Shown: one piece after another, positions 43,671 to 56,479 of the stretch
Layout: each line of letters opens with the position of its first letter
How positions within the stretch are numbered: position 1 is the stretch's first letter
Origin: Octopus sinensis
Lineage: Eukaryota
Reading direction: 5' to 3'
Assembly (NCBI RefSeq): GCF_006345805.1
Contig: NC_043008.1
Location: forward strand, 18,600,001 to 18,664,000
DNA length: 64,000 nt
Program-made: the position numbers and the translations under genes
The notes under the pieces: model-generated
What the model was told of the DNA's origin: nothing
The model's database searches: none
What the model saw: only the letters and a program-made list of their open reading frames with translations

Positions 43671-45104
43671 TTATATGTTTTTGTATGTATGTATGTTGTG
43701 GGTGTGTGTATATCTGCGGTTGCCTTTGTCTGTATAAACGTCTGTATTATAGTTCGTATTGGCGGTGGCAGAGTTGAATAATCATCTTCTTAATCTCAGT
43801 TTTATCTCTGCAAGAAGTCTGATATAATGAAGTAACGAAACACTTTGTTGATATTCATCTGTATTTAGCTTCTAACCTGTATAACAGAACTTGCAAGCGC
43901 TTTAAAATCGAGACTTACATTATTTCCTATGTGAAATTAAGTACTTGTACATATTACGTTATTCCAGTATAGATGGAATCCACGATCGATGCTATTCAAC
44001 TTAAATGCATTCCTCTCAAATGATGTCGGTGAAAACCCTGATAGTATCTATTGGGGTTGTACTGTTATTCCATTTGCAATTGTCAACATAAATGGATAAA
44101 AAGCAGATAAAATGCAATCGAAGATCTAACATAGCAGATATTCTGCATTTCTATCCTTTTTTTGTATCCTGTTACTTTAATCAGACTCTTTTATCATGAT
44201 GAAAATCTCTATTATTATTTTTGCGTTGGGTTATGGTGAGAGCGGGTTTTGTGATATTAAATCACAAAAGTAGAGGTTTTGCTCAATTTGCACCAGTTTT
44301 TTCGTGTTTAATGTTACCTGGACGCAATTCCTCTTTCCTTAGTTCTTTCTAAATAGTTCATGTTGTCTAAATTTCAATGTAAGAGCCTTATATCTAGGTT
44401 AGAAGTGTGTATATAAACTAGGATTTAATATACACCTGTGTACATGTGTACATATGTAAAAAGGGATGAATAAGTATATATAGAAATGTATATAAATATA
44501 TGTATGTATGTACGTATGTGTAAATATGTGTGTGTGCGTGTGTGTGTATGTATGTATATATATATATATATATATATATTATATTATATAAGATATATAT
44601 ATATATATGGGGCGTGGAATGCTTTGACCTGGGACTGTTGGGGCTGCAACCTACAGTTAGTTTCGGGGCAAGAGAGGGAGAGAGAGCTGAGAGAGTTTAC
44701 TAAGAAACAGAAGATAGGGTGAAGATTCCCTTTAACTGCTTCAGGTTTTTTTTTTTTTTTCTATAAAGGATCGTGGTAAAGCTATAACAATGCAAAATAA
44801 ATGCAATACTATTATGAGAGATCTTTGTCGTATGAATGAAAGAGAAAATGAAAATATTTCCTTACAAACTATTAGCAGTTGCGTGTCAGGAACGTGAAAC
44901 TCTGAGTAACAGTTTTTGTGATATTTTTGCTGCTTTATAAATAAAGCATACTACTCTACCTCCTGTATTCGAGTACTATTTTTTCCACTTTGTTTGCATT
45001 TACGTGCTTACTCTGGTGTATATATATATATATATATAGTACAAAGTAAGATGGGGGTTATGAGGGTATATATATATATATATATTTATAAATAAAAAAT
45101 GCAT

Positions 45105-45520
45105 ATTATATACATATATGTACGTACCAACCTCTACATGTATATATACACGCATATATGAGTACAGGACAACCAAAAAACGTCGAACACAATGAGAAAC
45201 GAAAACATAGACACAAACTCAAGGAACTGGACATTTTTTTAACAACAAAAAAAATAGAGTACAGGACAATTAACATAAAGAAAAACACCTTCTTCAGTCG
45301 CCATGGTTTCATCTACTCTACGTTTCGAAGGTGAAGGCGAGACGTATCTTCGATAAGAAACTTTCCTTCCTGCGAAAAGCAAATCAATTAAAATTTGAGA
45401 TCTTTTCGCAGAGGGGTAAAAATGGTAACAAAAAAGGACAGTAGGACAGTACAAAATATAGCAGTAAAAGACAGGACAAGGAAAAACAAGATAAGAAGGG
45501 CTGTTAACACCGAACGAAAA
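45105..45520 (-). mobile_element. Family E repeat (PLE pLTR-like remnant)
   Basis: Similar to 5680-6137 (GTACAGGAC...GAACACAATG.GAAACGAAAACATA...). Confidence 0.65.
45286..45346 (-). ncRNA. Candidate non-circularly permuted hammerhead ribozyme
   Basis: TACGTC^TCGCC TT CACCTTC GAAACGTA GAGTAGATGAAACCAT GGCGA CTGAAGA AGGTG: stem III TACGT/ACGTA, stem I TCGCC/GGCGA, stem II AGGTG/CACCT with 2 extra nt. Confidence 0.5.
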
Positions 45521-45920
45521 AAAGTATTACGAACGCTGATTTATCTGTGAACGACGAACGGGAGCAAAAAGAATTGCCGTCCACACCTTGAGAAGGTCAA
45601 GCTAGAAAAGACAGTAGCGGAGTCTCGTCGCGGGTAACGACGGGAGGGGGGGAGGAGGAGCAAGAAAAGGGAGAGAAGAAAGGAGAATGGTTGTGAGGAA
45701 ACCATGAAGAATGAGAGAGGGGGGAGAGAGAGAGAGGTGAAGATGAGAGAGAGAGGGAGAGACAAGTTATGTAGAGGAAAGGGAAATCAAAGAATGAAGG
45801 CTGAGAAAGGATGGGACAGAAAGTTTAAGAGTGCGCATCAAAGTTAATATCAAGAACAATCTTACTTAAAAGGGATGCGTGCGTTTCGTCATATAATATA
45901 TTAATAAATAAAACACATGC

Positions 45921-45974
<54 letters not shown>

Positions 45975-45976
<2 letters not shown>

Positions 45977-46320
45977 TCAGAACCCCATTCAGGATGACTG
46001 ATCATGAAATGGTACTCCTCCCAGGCACCTAGAACGTTACCTAGAAAGTTACCCTCCCTGGCACAAGTCCGAGAATGGTTGTGAAAGACTAGCAGTTGCC
46101 CATGAATACCGGCTTCCCCTTTCCACGTCACCAGTGTTATCGAAGGGAAAGGCAAAGGCCGATACAGCTTGGCACCTGTGACGTCGCAACTCATTTCTAC
46201 AGCTGAGTGAACTGGAGCAACGTGAAATATAGTGTCATGCTCAAGCGCATAACACGCAGCCTGGCCAGGGATTCGAACTCAAAACCTCACGATCACAAGC
46301 TCGACGCTCTAAACACTGAG
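45975..46320 (-). mobile_element. tRNA-derived CORE-type SINE
   Basis: Minus strand CTCAGTGTTTAGAGC...GAGTTCGAATCCC head, then TGAGCATGACACTATATTTCACGTTGCTCCAGTTCACTCAGCTGTAGAAATGAG (CORE-like). Confidence 0.75.
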
Positions 46321-46331
46321 TCATATATATA

Positions 46332-46740
46332 TTCTTTTACTCTTTTACTCTTTTACTTGTTTCAGTCATTTGACTGCGGCCATGCTGGAGCACCGTTTTT
46401 AGTCGAGCAAATCGACCCCGGGACTTATTCTTTGTAAGCCCAGACCTATTCTTATTCGATCGGTATTTTTGCCGAACCGCTACGTGACGGGGACGTAAAC
46501 ACACCAGCATCGGTTGTCAATCAATGCTAGGGGGACAACCACAGACAACACAACACACATACATATATATATATATATACATATATACGACAGGATTCTT
46601 TCAGTTTCCGTCTACCAAATCCACTCACAAGGCATTGGTCGGCCCGGGGCTATAGCAGAAGGCACTCACCCAAGATGCCACGCAGTGGGACTGAACCCGG
46701 AACCATGTGGTTGGTTAGCAAGCTACTTACCACACAGCCA
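46332..46740 (-). mobile_element. SINE family B, full length
   Basis: Reverse complement of the B consensus, including the (AGAGTAAA)n-like tail. Confidence 0.92.
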
Positions 46741-46843
46741 AGATACAAACACACATACACACACACACACACACATACACACATATATATCTGTAGACAC
46801 AAGCACATATATTATTTTCTTCGTTGTGGTCAGTGGAGATATG

Positions 46844-46946
46844 TCAAGCTGGGTCGTCACCTTCAAGTGCTTTTGTCAAATACATCGTCCGCAGGACATA
46901 TTTAAACTCTTCTTCTGTATCTATCGTCACATTTTCCAGAACAACC
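46844..46946 (-). CDS. Candidate terminal coding exon ...VVLENVTIDTEEEFKYVLRTMYLTKALEGDDPA* (unassigned)
   Basis: Acceptor TATAACAG|G; only one frame is open, ending at TGA; protein-like composition in non-repetitive sequence. Confidence 0.35.
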
Positions 46947-47066
46947 CTGTTATATTTAAGTAAACAAACACATACTTGTTGCCAAGAACTGGAGATGCAA
47001 CCGCAAACACAAAGACGCAGCCACACATACACACGCACGAGTGATATGTCTGTTAGTCTGTGTGTG

Positions 47067-47256
47067 AAGGCGCATGGCTTAGTGGTTAGAGTGCTGCATT
47101 CACGATTACGAGTTCGTGGTTTCGATTTCCAGACTGGGCGTTGTTATGTGTTCCTGGGAAAAAGATTTCATTTCTCGTTACTCTGCGATCATTTCGTCAT
47201 ATGACATGTGGCACATCACGCACCTGTACAGGTAATGTGGAAGTGATGGAGTGAGT
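47067..47256 (+). mobile_element. tRNA-derived SINE, diverged
   Basis: GGCGCATGGCTTAGTGGTTAGAGTG...GGTTTCGATTTCCAGACTGGGCG head. Confidence 0.7.
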
Positions 47257-47373
47257 GACCTTATATTTACACAAATATTTATTCACTATAGATAAATTAC
47301 CTGTTGGTTTGGTCAGCAAGAAATCGCAGTGCCTTTATACATTGTCCATCGACAGGAGAATGCATGATACAGT

Positions 47374-47435
<62 letters not shown>

Positions 47436-47465
47436 CAAACACACATAAATATAGATAACTTTTTG

Positions 47466-47608
47466 GGGCATTCTTTTGATTTGACTCGACGAGACCAAAA
47501 CAAAACCTCGGTTGTTTCCGTGACAACTCGACTATTCACCTCGGATATCTTCGTGACCTCCGTGACAGCTGCTCTGATAACTGCTAAAATGTGTGTGCGT
47601 GCTAGTTC

Positions 47609-47641
<33 letters not shown>

Positions 47642-47784
47642 TAAGAACATATGCTTTCTTCTCTTCCTCCCATTTTAGCAGCTGTCACGGAGGTCACGAC
47701 AATATCCTAAGTGGATTGTCGAGTTGTCACAGAAACAATCGAGGTTTTTGTTGGTCCCGTTCGAGTCAATTCGAAATAATGCCC
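47466..47784. mobile_element. Foldback/MITE-like element with ~115-125-bp inverted arms
   Basis: Arms 47466-47590 and 47672-47784 are diverged reverse complements around a (TG)n spacer; TTTTTG lies on both flanks (possible TSD). Confidence 0.7.
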
Positions 47785-48015
47785 TTTTTGGTTTTTATTA
47801 TATATATATTATATATATACTATATATATATATATTATATATATATATATAGTAGAAAAGAAATAGAAAGTCTTTGGTACAGTATTATAATTATATATGA
47901 CAAAACGAATAGAAATTATTTCTGATGACTTTTCCACTTTAATAATTAGATGTTTATAAAACATCTAATTATTTAAGTGAAAAAATTATCAGGAAACCCG
48001 TTTCTATTATTTTTT

Positions 48016-48046
<31 letters not shown>

Positions 48047-48120
48047 GTACACAGACATATACACACCCATACAGACACACACGTAACAGGCTTCTATAGA
48101 GTTACAGTTTGTCGAATATA

Positions 48121-48360
48121 GAGGTCTGATTAATAAATATCCGGACTGCTGCCTTAGTAACGAAGTTAAATGACACAGAGTAAAGCCGCTTGGCAAAAAT
48201 TGACCATGATCTCTGCTGTGCATGCGCACTGAGTTTCCACGGTGTAGCTTACTTCCGCTGCTTGTACAACAGTCTTTCACTGTACCAAGCTGCTTCACTC
48301 TGCATGATTTAGCTTCGTTACTATAACGACATTCCGGATACTTATTGATCAGACCATGCA
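48121..48360. mobile_element. Tc1/mariner-like MITE with ~64-bp TIRs
   Basis: GGTCTGATTAATAAATATCCGGACTG... (48123-48186) is an inverted match to ...TCCGGATACTTATTGATCAGACC (48292-48355). Confidence 0.7.
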
Positions 48361-48372
48361 TTGCTTTGTCTA

Positions 48373-48796
48373 TACTCTTTTTACTCTTTTACTATTTTAC
48401 TTGTTTCAGTCACTTGACCGTGGCCATGCTGGAGCACCGCCTTTGGTCGAGCACATCGACCTCAGGACTTATTTTTTGGAAGCCTAGTACTTATTCTATC
48501 GGTCACTTTTGCCGAACCGCTAAGTAACGTAAACCATCGGTTGTTAAGTGATGTTGGGGGGGGGGGCAAAGACAAACACATAAAAACACCGACACATACA
48601 TATATATAAATATATATATATATACATATATACGACGGGATTCTTTCAGTTTCCGTCTATCAAATCCACTTACATGGCTTTGGTTGGCTCGAGGCCATAG
48701 TAGAAGACACTCGCCCATGGTGCCACGCAGTGGGAATGAACCCGAAACCATGTGGTTGGTTAGCAAGCTACTTACCACACAGCCACTCCTGCACCT
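48373..48796 (-). mobile_element. SINE family B, full length
   Basis: Reverse complement of the B consensus; an additional head fragment lies at ~48852-48912. Confidence 0.9.
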
Positions 48797-49964
48797 ATAT
48801 TCACAAACCATTCAAAGTCAGAGCTATTGTAAATTATACTTCTCTGCAGAGCTTTGCGGTGGAACCGAACCCGAAAATATGTGACAGAGCAGCAAATTCT
48901 TCAACCATACATCTAAGTATCTATATACATACATACGTTACATATATTTACACACACGCATATATACAATACATATATATGTGTGCTTCTGTATGTAAAC
49001 ACACGTGATTGAAACTATATTTAAGATTATTGATGCAAAAACAGATGAGTCATAAAGGCAATGTATCTATTCGATAAATTATAAAACAATGAAACAAATA
49101 CAACACAGAATAAATACTTCGGGCGATATGACTGACTAACGTCATTGAATGCGACGTCCTAACATAGCCGGAGTACAAAGAGTGAAACAGTAAGATATAA
49201 GAATAAAAGAACATATGATTTCCTGCGTTGATAAATATTGGCAAGTGTATAGGGGAGATAAAAGTGATATTACATAGTCCATGTCCGACCCATTGGCATT
49301 ATCCCCGGAGCTAGCAAGAAAACTTCAATTAATATAATTAAAAACTACCAACTTACTTCACGTGCTCGAAGCTTGATTTAGCGTGCCACGTTTTCAGAAA
49401 TAAGGAAACAGCGTCAGGAATCTGAATAAAGAAAAGTTCCACACAGGATACCTTACAAGAACAACGGTAAATTGACATATACACGATTTTCAAAAGTAAA
49501 GTTGATTCGCAGTATATTTCAAATTCCATAGCCGCATCATAGAGTAGGTTTGTTAAAAAGAGATTAATATGGATGAAGTGAAAACAAAAAAATAGTAAGT
49601 TTTGATGATAAGTAGCTCAAAATTATTAAGAAGGTCTAATGATTAACAGGTTCATCTCACAATTATATGGTTCTGGGCTTGATTCTATTGTGAGTAACCA
49701 TGGATACATGTCATTTAACATAGCCTTGTGTAGAACAAAGCCTCGCAAGTAATGTTAGATAGAAATTTTTCGGGAGCCCGTCAAATTAATCCCGGCTCCA
49801 ATTCAAAGATCTGACCTTGTTACACCGGCAAACATACATGCATACAAACACATAAAATGCGAACACACACATATATCTGTGTGTGGGTGGGTGGGTGGGG
49901 GGTTGTGTGTTTGTGTGAATGAAGGTATGTCTTCTTACATATCTCAATATTTATATCTATTTAA

Positions 49965-50550
49965 GGCGGCGAGCTGGCAGAAACGTTAGCACGCCGGGTG
50001 AGATGCGTAGCCGTATTTCGTCTGCCGTTACGTTCTGAGTTCAAATTCCTCCGAGGTCGACTTTCCTTTTCATCCTTTCGGGGTCGATTAAATAAGTACC
50101 AGTTACGCACTGGCGTCGATATAATCGACTTAATCAGTTTGTCTGTCCTTGGTTTTCCTCTCTGTGTTTAGCCCTTTGTGGGTAGTAAAGAAATGGTTAT
50201 TTCGTCTGCCGTTACGTTCTGAGTTCAAATTCCGCAGAGGTCGACTTTGCCATTCAATTTTTCGGGGTCGATTAAATAAGTACCAGTTACGCACTGGCGT
50301 CGATATAATCGACTTAATCAGTATGTCTGTCCTTGTTTTTCCTCTCTGTGTTTAGCCCTTTGTGGGTAGTAAAGAAATGGGTATTTCGTCTGCCGTTACG
50401 TTCTGAGTTCAAATTCCGCAGAGGTCGACTTTGCCATTCAATTTTTCGGGGTCGATTAAATAAGTACCAGTTACGCACTGAGGTCGATCTAATCGACTGC
50501 TCCGCTCCCTCAAGGTTTAGTGTCCTGTGCCTAGAGTAGAAAAGAATATT
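49965..50550 (+). mobile_element. SINE family A with three tandem body modules
   Basis: Head followed by modules joined at AAAGAAATG(G/GT)TATTTCGTC near 50195 and 50380. Confidence 0.92.
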
Positions 50551-50750
50551 TATATCTATTCATGTACAAATATATAAATGTGCGTGTGCGTGGTTTGTTT
50601 TCTACGACCACAGAGTATAAACCTGGCAAATCACGGCTAGCTGACCACAGGATATCTTTACTGAATCATCTCTGATCCTGTATCCTCTTCTCATAATGCT
50701 GCTTATAGTTCCGCGGCCGCCGCATTGACCATTCTGGCTTGTCAAGTTTA

Positions 50751-50935
50751 GGGACAAAACCAGCGATTTTAGCGGGAGTGGATTGAGCCAATTACATCGA
50801 CACAGTAATTGACTCTATAATGATAAAAGTTTAAGTCAACCTCCGCGGATTTTGAAAACGCAGCATACAAAGATGCGGAAGAAATACTTCTAAGTATTTT
50901 GTCTGATTATCAAACGATTCTATCATTACACTGCC
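50751..50935 (-). mobile_element. Degenerate SINE family A
   Basis: AATTACATCGAC...AAGTCAACCTCCGCGGATTTTGAA. Confidence 0.55.
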
Positions 50936-51422
50936 TGCATCCTCTGTTAAATTGTTTATGTTAATTCATGCCATTGTTGCACGGCAGTTATTTCCCTTGG
51001 ATTATTACATCTAATTTAATTTTGTAAATTAAGGCTAAAGCACTTCATAACTATTTTGTTTTTTTTTTTGTTTGTTTTTCTACAAGTTTAAACTATTCAT
51101 TGTAGCATGTTTGACTTGACATTGTTACACTGGTAAGGCTAATAATGTTATAATGTGTGCTAGCTGCACCTATCAAACGTCGAACTAAGCCTGTGATTGA
51201 ATTTTACGAGTCTCAAATTTATGAAATTATCTCCCCTTGTCATTGTTAATTCCCGCCGAGAACGATACTGCTTCTCTCTCATCCTTTCGGGGTCGATGCT
51301 TAAACTACTAATACAGGACAGATTCTCTTTCAGTCTGTCTATCAGCCTCTTTCTTTTCTTCTCTCTCTCTTTCTTTCTGTCTGTCTGTCTGGATCTCTTT
51401 CTCTCTCTCTCTTTCTCTCTCA

Positions 51423-51470
<48 letters not shown>

Positions 51471-52054
51471 ATCTCTTTCAATCAATCAATCTAGCCAGCT
51501 AGCTGGCTATCTATCTGTCTATCTATGTCTATCTATCTAACTATCTTTCCATCTATCTAACTGTTTTTCTCTATCTACAATAATCAAAATTAAAAGCTCA
51601 CTACATATCTACTTGTCTTAATACATTATTTATTTAAAAAAATAATAAAAACTATTACAAACAAAGCAAAGGAACAAATTCAAAATTTAGTGCAAAATGT
51701 GAACAACGACAATAAAAGCTGCCACGTTCTTTTAGCTAGAGCGATGTGTTTGTATGTCACTAAAGTTTATACTCCAAGTAGTTCATGTGGAGAAAACTTT
51801 ATAAATAATCACTGGGCTTCGATACAAAACAATGTATATTATTCTATTGTTTGAAGACATGAAACAAAATAAAAACAGAAAATGCATTCAACATTAACAT
51901 TCGCTGAAATAAATACATTCGAAAAATGTCAAGTTGAGATTGCTATTCTCTCTTTGTATATATTATTTATTAAGAGCAGCCAATGATGAAGTAAAACGCG
52001 AACCTCTCCTCTCGTCTATTTCTTTGGCAGTCTCTTTATATGCACACACATGTA

Positions 52055-52112
<58 letters not shown>

Positions 52113-53640
52113 CACATATTTATGTCATATATACCTATATATGTACGTATGTACATATGTATGTATGTATGTGTGTATGTGTGTTTGTGTGTGTGTGTGT
52201 ATGTGTGTGTGTGTGTGTCTGTGTGTGTGTGTGTGTGTGTGTATCTCCACTCAATACTCCTACTGTGGTCGAACTTGCATTGTTAAGTCAAATATTAAAA
52301 TACGATATTTGGAACAAAGGAATATTTTTGCGACAAAAGAATGAAGTCAATGTTTAATAGAAAAGAAGCAAAACTATAAATTATAACAAAAACACATAAA
52401 ACAGAATAACAAAAAAAATATATATATATAAAGAATAAATGCAGAATATAATCTTGGCTAAAGATGACATTTTTGCATTGTCAAATTTGTTTGTACTATT
52501 TTTTTTTCTTTGTGATTGTTTTTTTTTTTTATAAAGAACTATAAGAGAACTATATTCACCGAACACCAAGAATGAGACTATCCCATCAAAGAAATGTTAT
52601 TTGTCGTCTCCACGTAAGCGCTTGTCTAGCTGTATATGTGTCTGTGTGTCCATATATATTATATATATAATATATATATATATATAGAATATATATATAC
52701 ATATATATATGTATAATAATATATTATATATATATATATATATATACATATATATATTGGTGTGTATGTATAATATATATATAATATATATTATATATAT
52801 ATATACGTATATATATATTATATAATATGTTTATATATATATATATATATGTATGTATATATATATTCATATCTATATATAAAATAATGTGTGTATATAT
52901 GTATATATACGCGTGTATGTCTGTGTGTTTATCCCTATGTGTCAATGTGTCTAGCTATGTATGTCTGTTTGTCTGTTTGTGCGTGTGTGTGCGTATCCTA
53001 TCTTTGTGCAGAATTTGATGTGTGGTGTGTGTGTACCTGTGAGTGTCTTCAGGCAAATGTCGGATGAATAAATAAATAATTCACTATTAACGTTGCTGTT
53101 TACCATTATTCAGTAACATATTTCTTAGAAGCATCATTTTAATAATAGGAAGAATAGAATAGAGAAAATACAATAGCAAAAAACCCCTGCTGTATGCTTT
53201 CTTTGTTTGTACAATATCTCAATGTCTTTAGTTTTGAGTTTATTTAATAAATTATAATCTCTTGAACACTATATGGGCACTCAGCAATCGCAGGTGCTAA
53301 GCTGTTCCTAAATACATACATCCTGATAATACACACACCACACACACACCCATATATTATATATATATATATATATCTATATATATATATATTATATATA
53401 TATATATTATATATATATAGATATATATATTATGTGAATAGAAAGATGAATAATCTTGTAGTAGATTAATCAAAAGTTTAACCGATACCTTAGTGGCAAA
53501 AATCACAGCAGTAAACAGCACGGTTGGAGGTACAACCATATGGTGTTGCAACCGTGCGTTGGTGCGGATAATTGAAATTAAAACATTATGGTGAATTGAA
53601 GAAATGGAGCTGAACGCAGATTGAACAGAAATCGTTTTAT

Positions 53641-53729
53641 TTCATTCTACACGTGTTTCGAAAGGCACAAATTACCAAAATCCGATTGAATAATGGGACC
53701 ATATTGTGTCTTTCTCTTCAGGAAGAAAA
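53641..53729 (-). ncRNA. Type I hammerhead ribozyme in the left pLTR
   Basis: TTTCTTC CTGAAGA GAAAGACACAA...TTGTGCCTTTC GAAA CACGTG TA^ GAATGAA: ~11-bp stem II, palindromic stem III, GUA site. Confidence 0.8.
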
Positions 53730-54375
53730 TAGGAAATCCGTTGGAAAACAAAAACAGAACAGAGGCGGAGCAAAAACAAATCGAACTATGCTCCTAAGAG
53801 CCCATGGCGAAACTGTTTATCAGTGTATGTTGAGAACCGGTGGCTGAAGAATTTAACGGGTCAGGCATCGGTCAATCATGTGGGTGGGGTGTGTGGGTGT
53901 TCTTTGTGACCGAGAATAAAGTTCTGACTATTTAAGGAATAGAGTTTTATAAGGGGCGAGAAAAAATCTACTTAGAGACGTGTGTGTGTGTATACTGTTC
54001 TATATATGTGTGTGTTGGCGTAGGGGTAGAAAACATTTTTTGTGTACGTGTGTGCGTTTGAACGTTCGGCTGTCAGTGGCTACTGCCGCGAGAACCGTTG
54101 GGTGGCAGAAAAAAATATATATTATGTTTTATGTGGTGTGTGTTCATCTAAGCCTGCCTTGTCAAGGAAAACCCCCCGCTGTGAAAAAACCAAGCCCCGT
54201 TTTTGTCTAACAGGAGTAATCCCCTTGCAGTGGTTAATCGTAGATATCTTAAAGGCTATTTCAGAATTTGTTACCAAGGGCTATGGGTGCCGGTATTATT
54301 ATAAACGCTATTTAAAAGCCAGATAAGTGTAACGCCGCCAATGGGGGCATCGAAAAGCCGACTGTAAAAGCCCGT

Positions 54376-54710
54376 TTACCATCCGGCCTCTGGCAAACAA
54401 AATATGGAAGAGTCGGAGACACAAAGGTTGCACTGCCTTCTGCGCCTATCAAATGGGAGGGCCACCGACAAAATTGACCATTCCAGCCTGTAGCTTAAGT
54501 TCGTATCCTTCAGTCGCCATATTAGCTTACTGAGTCCCGTGGTCTGGCGCTTGTTCATGTCCCGAAAAGTTGCGTAATGGTTGGAGACACGCAAAGACAA
54601 TCTTGAGGATGAGGCCCCTACATAAGTGAAGACATCTGAGTCCGTGTAAACCTTGCATTGGTAGACGGCGTTTTTGATCTTGGAGTTCGCCGACGTGAAT
54701 CTTATTCTGC
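54376..54710 (-). pseudogene. GIY-YIG endonuclease domain (inverted arm)
   Basis: IKNAVYQCKV...TYVGASSSRLSLRVSNHYATF...TGLSKLIWRLK...EWSIL...CNLC matches the PLE EN pattern. Confidence 0.88.
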
Positions 54711-54948
54711 TAGGATTAGTTTCTGAAATTAGAACTGCGTTCCTGTCACTATATTCGTTCCGAGACCTGCAGCCGCTTACTACTCTATTTTCCACTACGT
54801 CACTATTAACTATGAGAATAACCCTGATTCTCCACTATCTATCAGGGTGCTGTCATTGCTACTGCCCGTGGTGCTGCTATTGCGAGAAATGCTGGGGATG
54901 CTATTGGGGCTCTCTACCCTACTCCCATTGTTACCGTCAACCACAACA

Positions 54949-56090
54949 AAAGAACCGTACTAGGTTCATTCAGTTTGATATCGCCAGCTTCTACCCCTCG
55001 ATTAACCCTAGTGTGCTAAATAAGGCCTCTGGCATGCTCACAACAAGGCTGGTCTCACCAGAGAAGAGAGAGATAGATATCATTTTAGTTGCAGGAAATC
55101 GTTATTAAGTTTGATAATAAGTTGTGGATCTGTAAGATATCTCCCAATGAATTTGATGTGCCTATGGGTAGGTAGGATTAGGAGTGCGCAGATAGCCGAT
55201 TTGGTCGGAATATATATTCTCTACGAATTGTCCGACAATTCCCGGAGATCGCGGGCGGCCTGTATCGTGACGATTGTCTGTTTTACCTGCCAAAACACCA
55301 CGAACAGAATAGTGCAGAAAACTAAGAGCAGGTTAGCTAGGTTTTTTAATAGAAGGGCATGAGTATAGTTTTGATAATGAACTCACCAAGCTAATTCCTA
55401 GACGTTACACTTAACCTTAATAGCGACTCATACTGCCCTTACCATAAGCCTTCCACTAATTTGAAGTATGTCAGTGTCTTCTCAAATCATGCCAAAACCG
55501 TAACAGACAATTGGTTAAAAACATCTCTCTAAGATTGTCTGGCTTGTCCGCCAGTGCCGATATTTTTATGCAGAAAGCGGAATTTTATAACGCCGCACTA
55601 TCCAAGGCCGGTTATAGGCAGAAGGTAATTTATATTGATCCGGCCCTTCCGATGCCATCATTCGGTCATCAGATAGGGCCGTATATAATAACATTAACAT
55701 TTTAAGTAAGGACGGGAGCGCGGCGGATGCCGGGGTAGTCGCTCCGCATTTAATTTAGCGAACAAGGATAATTATCGGTCCGGGAGGTCTTACACTAACC
55801 CAAGACCCGTTATTCATCCGAGAATCACCCACCCGAACGCGAGAGCTGGCGTCCCGACCCATCACACTGATAGGAATAAGCATATATGGTTTGTAATCCC
55901 CTTTGGTAAGCAGATTAGAACTAACCTCCCCTCATGTTAGACAAGCCATCGCCAATAACTTCCCCAGAAATTCCAAATATTACTCCACGGTTAACTCGCA
56001 TAAAGTTAGGATAGCTTTCTCCAACACTAAAAACCTCGCCAGATAATCGCCTCCCATAATAATAGGCTACTTACTAAGACCCTATCACCT
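54949..56090 (+). pseudogene. PLE reverse transcriptase C-terminal half, thumb and linker (frameshifted)
   Basis: FIQFDIASFYPSI, FDVPMG, AQIADLVGIYIL, GLYRDD (YRDD at 55263-55274), FLDVTLNL, YHKP...SNH, IWFVIPF, IASHNN, spread across frames. Confidence 0.92.
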
Positions 56091-56479
56091 TTTTCCGGAG
56101 GCACAGCCTCTTCCGCTCCCGGTTTAATGCTCAGTAGGAATAATTATAGTAGTAATAATGATATGAGAGCCAGTACAGTGACACATAATCTCAGCTCCAG
56201 CCAGGGAGTACCCACTAGGGTATAGTTATAAATAGGGGTGTTGTGGTTGACGGTAACAATGGGAGTAGGGTAGAGAGCCCCAATAGCATCCCCAGCTCAT
56301 TTCCCGCAATAGCAGCACCACGGGCAGTAGCAATGACAGCACCCTGATAGATAGTGGAGAATCAGGGGTTATTCCTATAGTTAATAGTGACGTAGTGGAA
56401 AATAGAGTAGTAAGCGGCTGCAGGTCTCGGAACGAATATAGTGACAGGAACGCAGTTCTAATTTCAGAAACTAATCCTA

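Noticed and set aside
47969-48361. 130-aa Cys/Ser-rich ORF
   Set aside because: Spans a MITE's TIRs and a (CA)n tract; a chance open frame.
53806-53865. Opposite-strand type II hammerhead in the pLTR (GAAACTG...CAGTG...CTGAAGA)
   Set aside because: The cleavage triplet would be GUG, and stems I and II do not pair.
54780-54948. Cys-rich peptide (CCHCYCPWCCYCEKC) as a metallothionein-like gene
   Set aside because: Antisense reading of the inverted Penelope linker.
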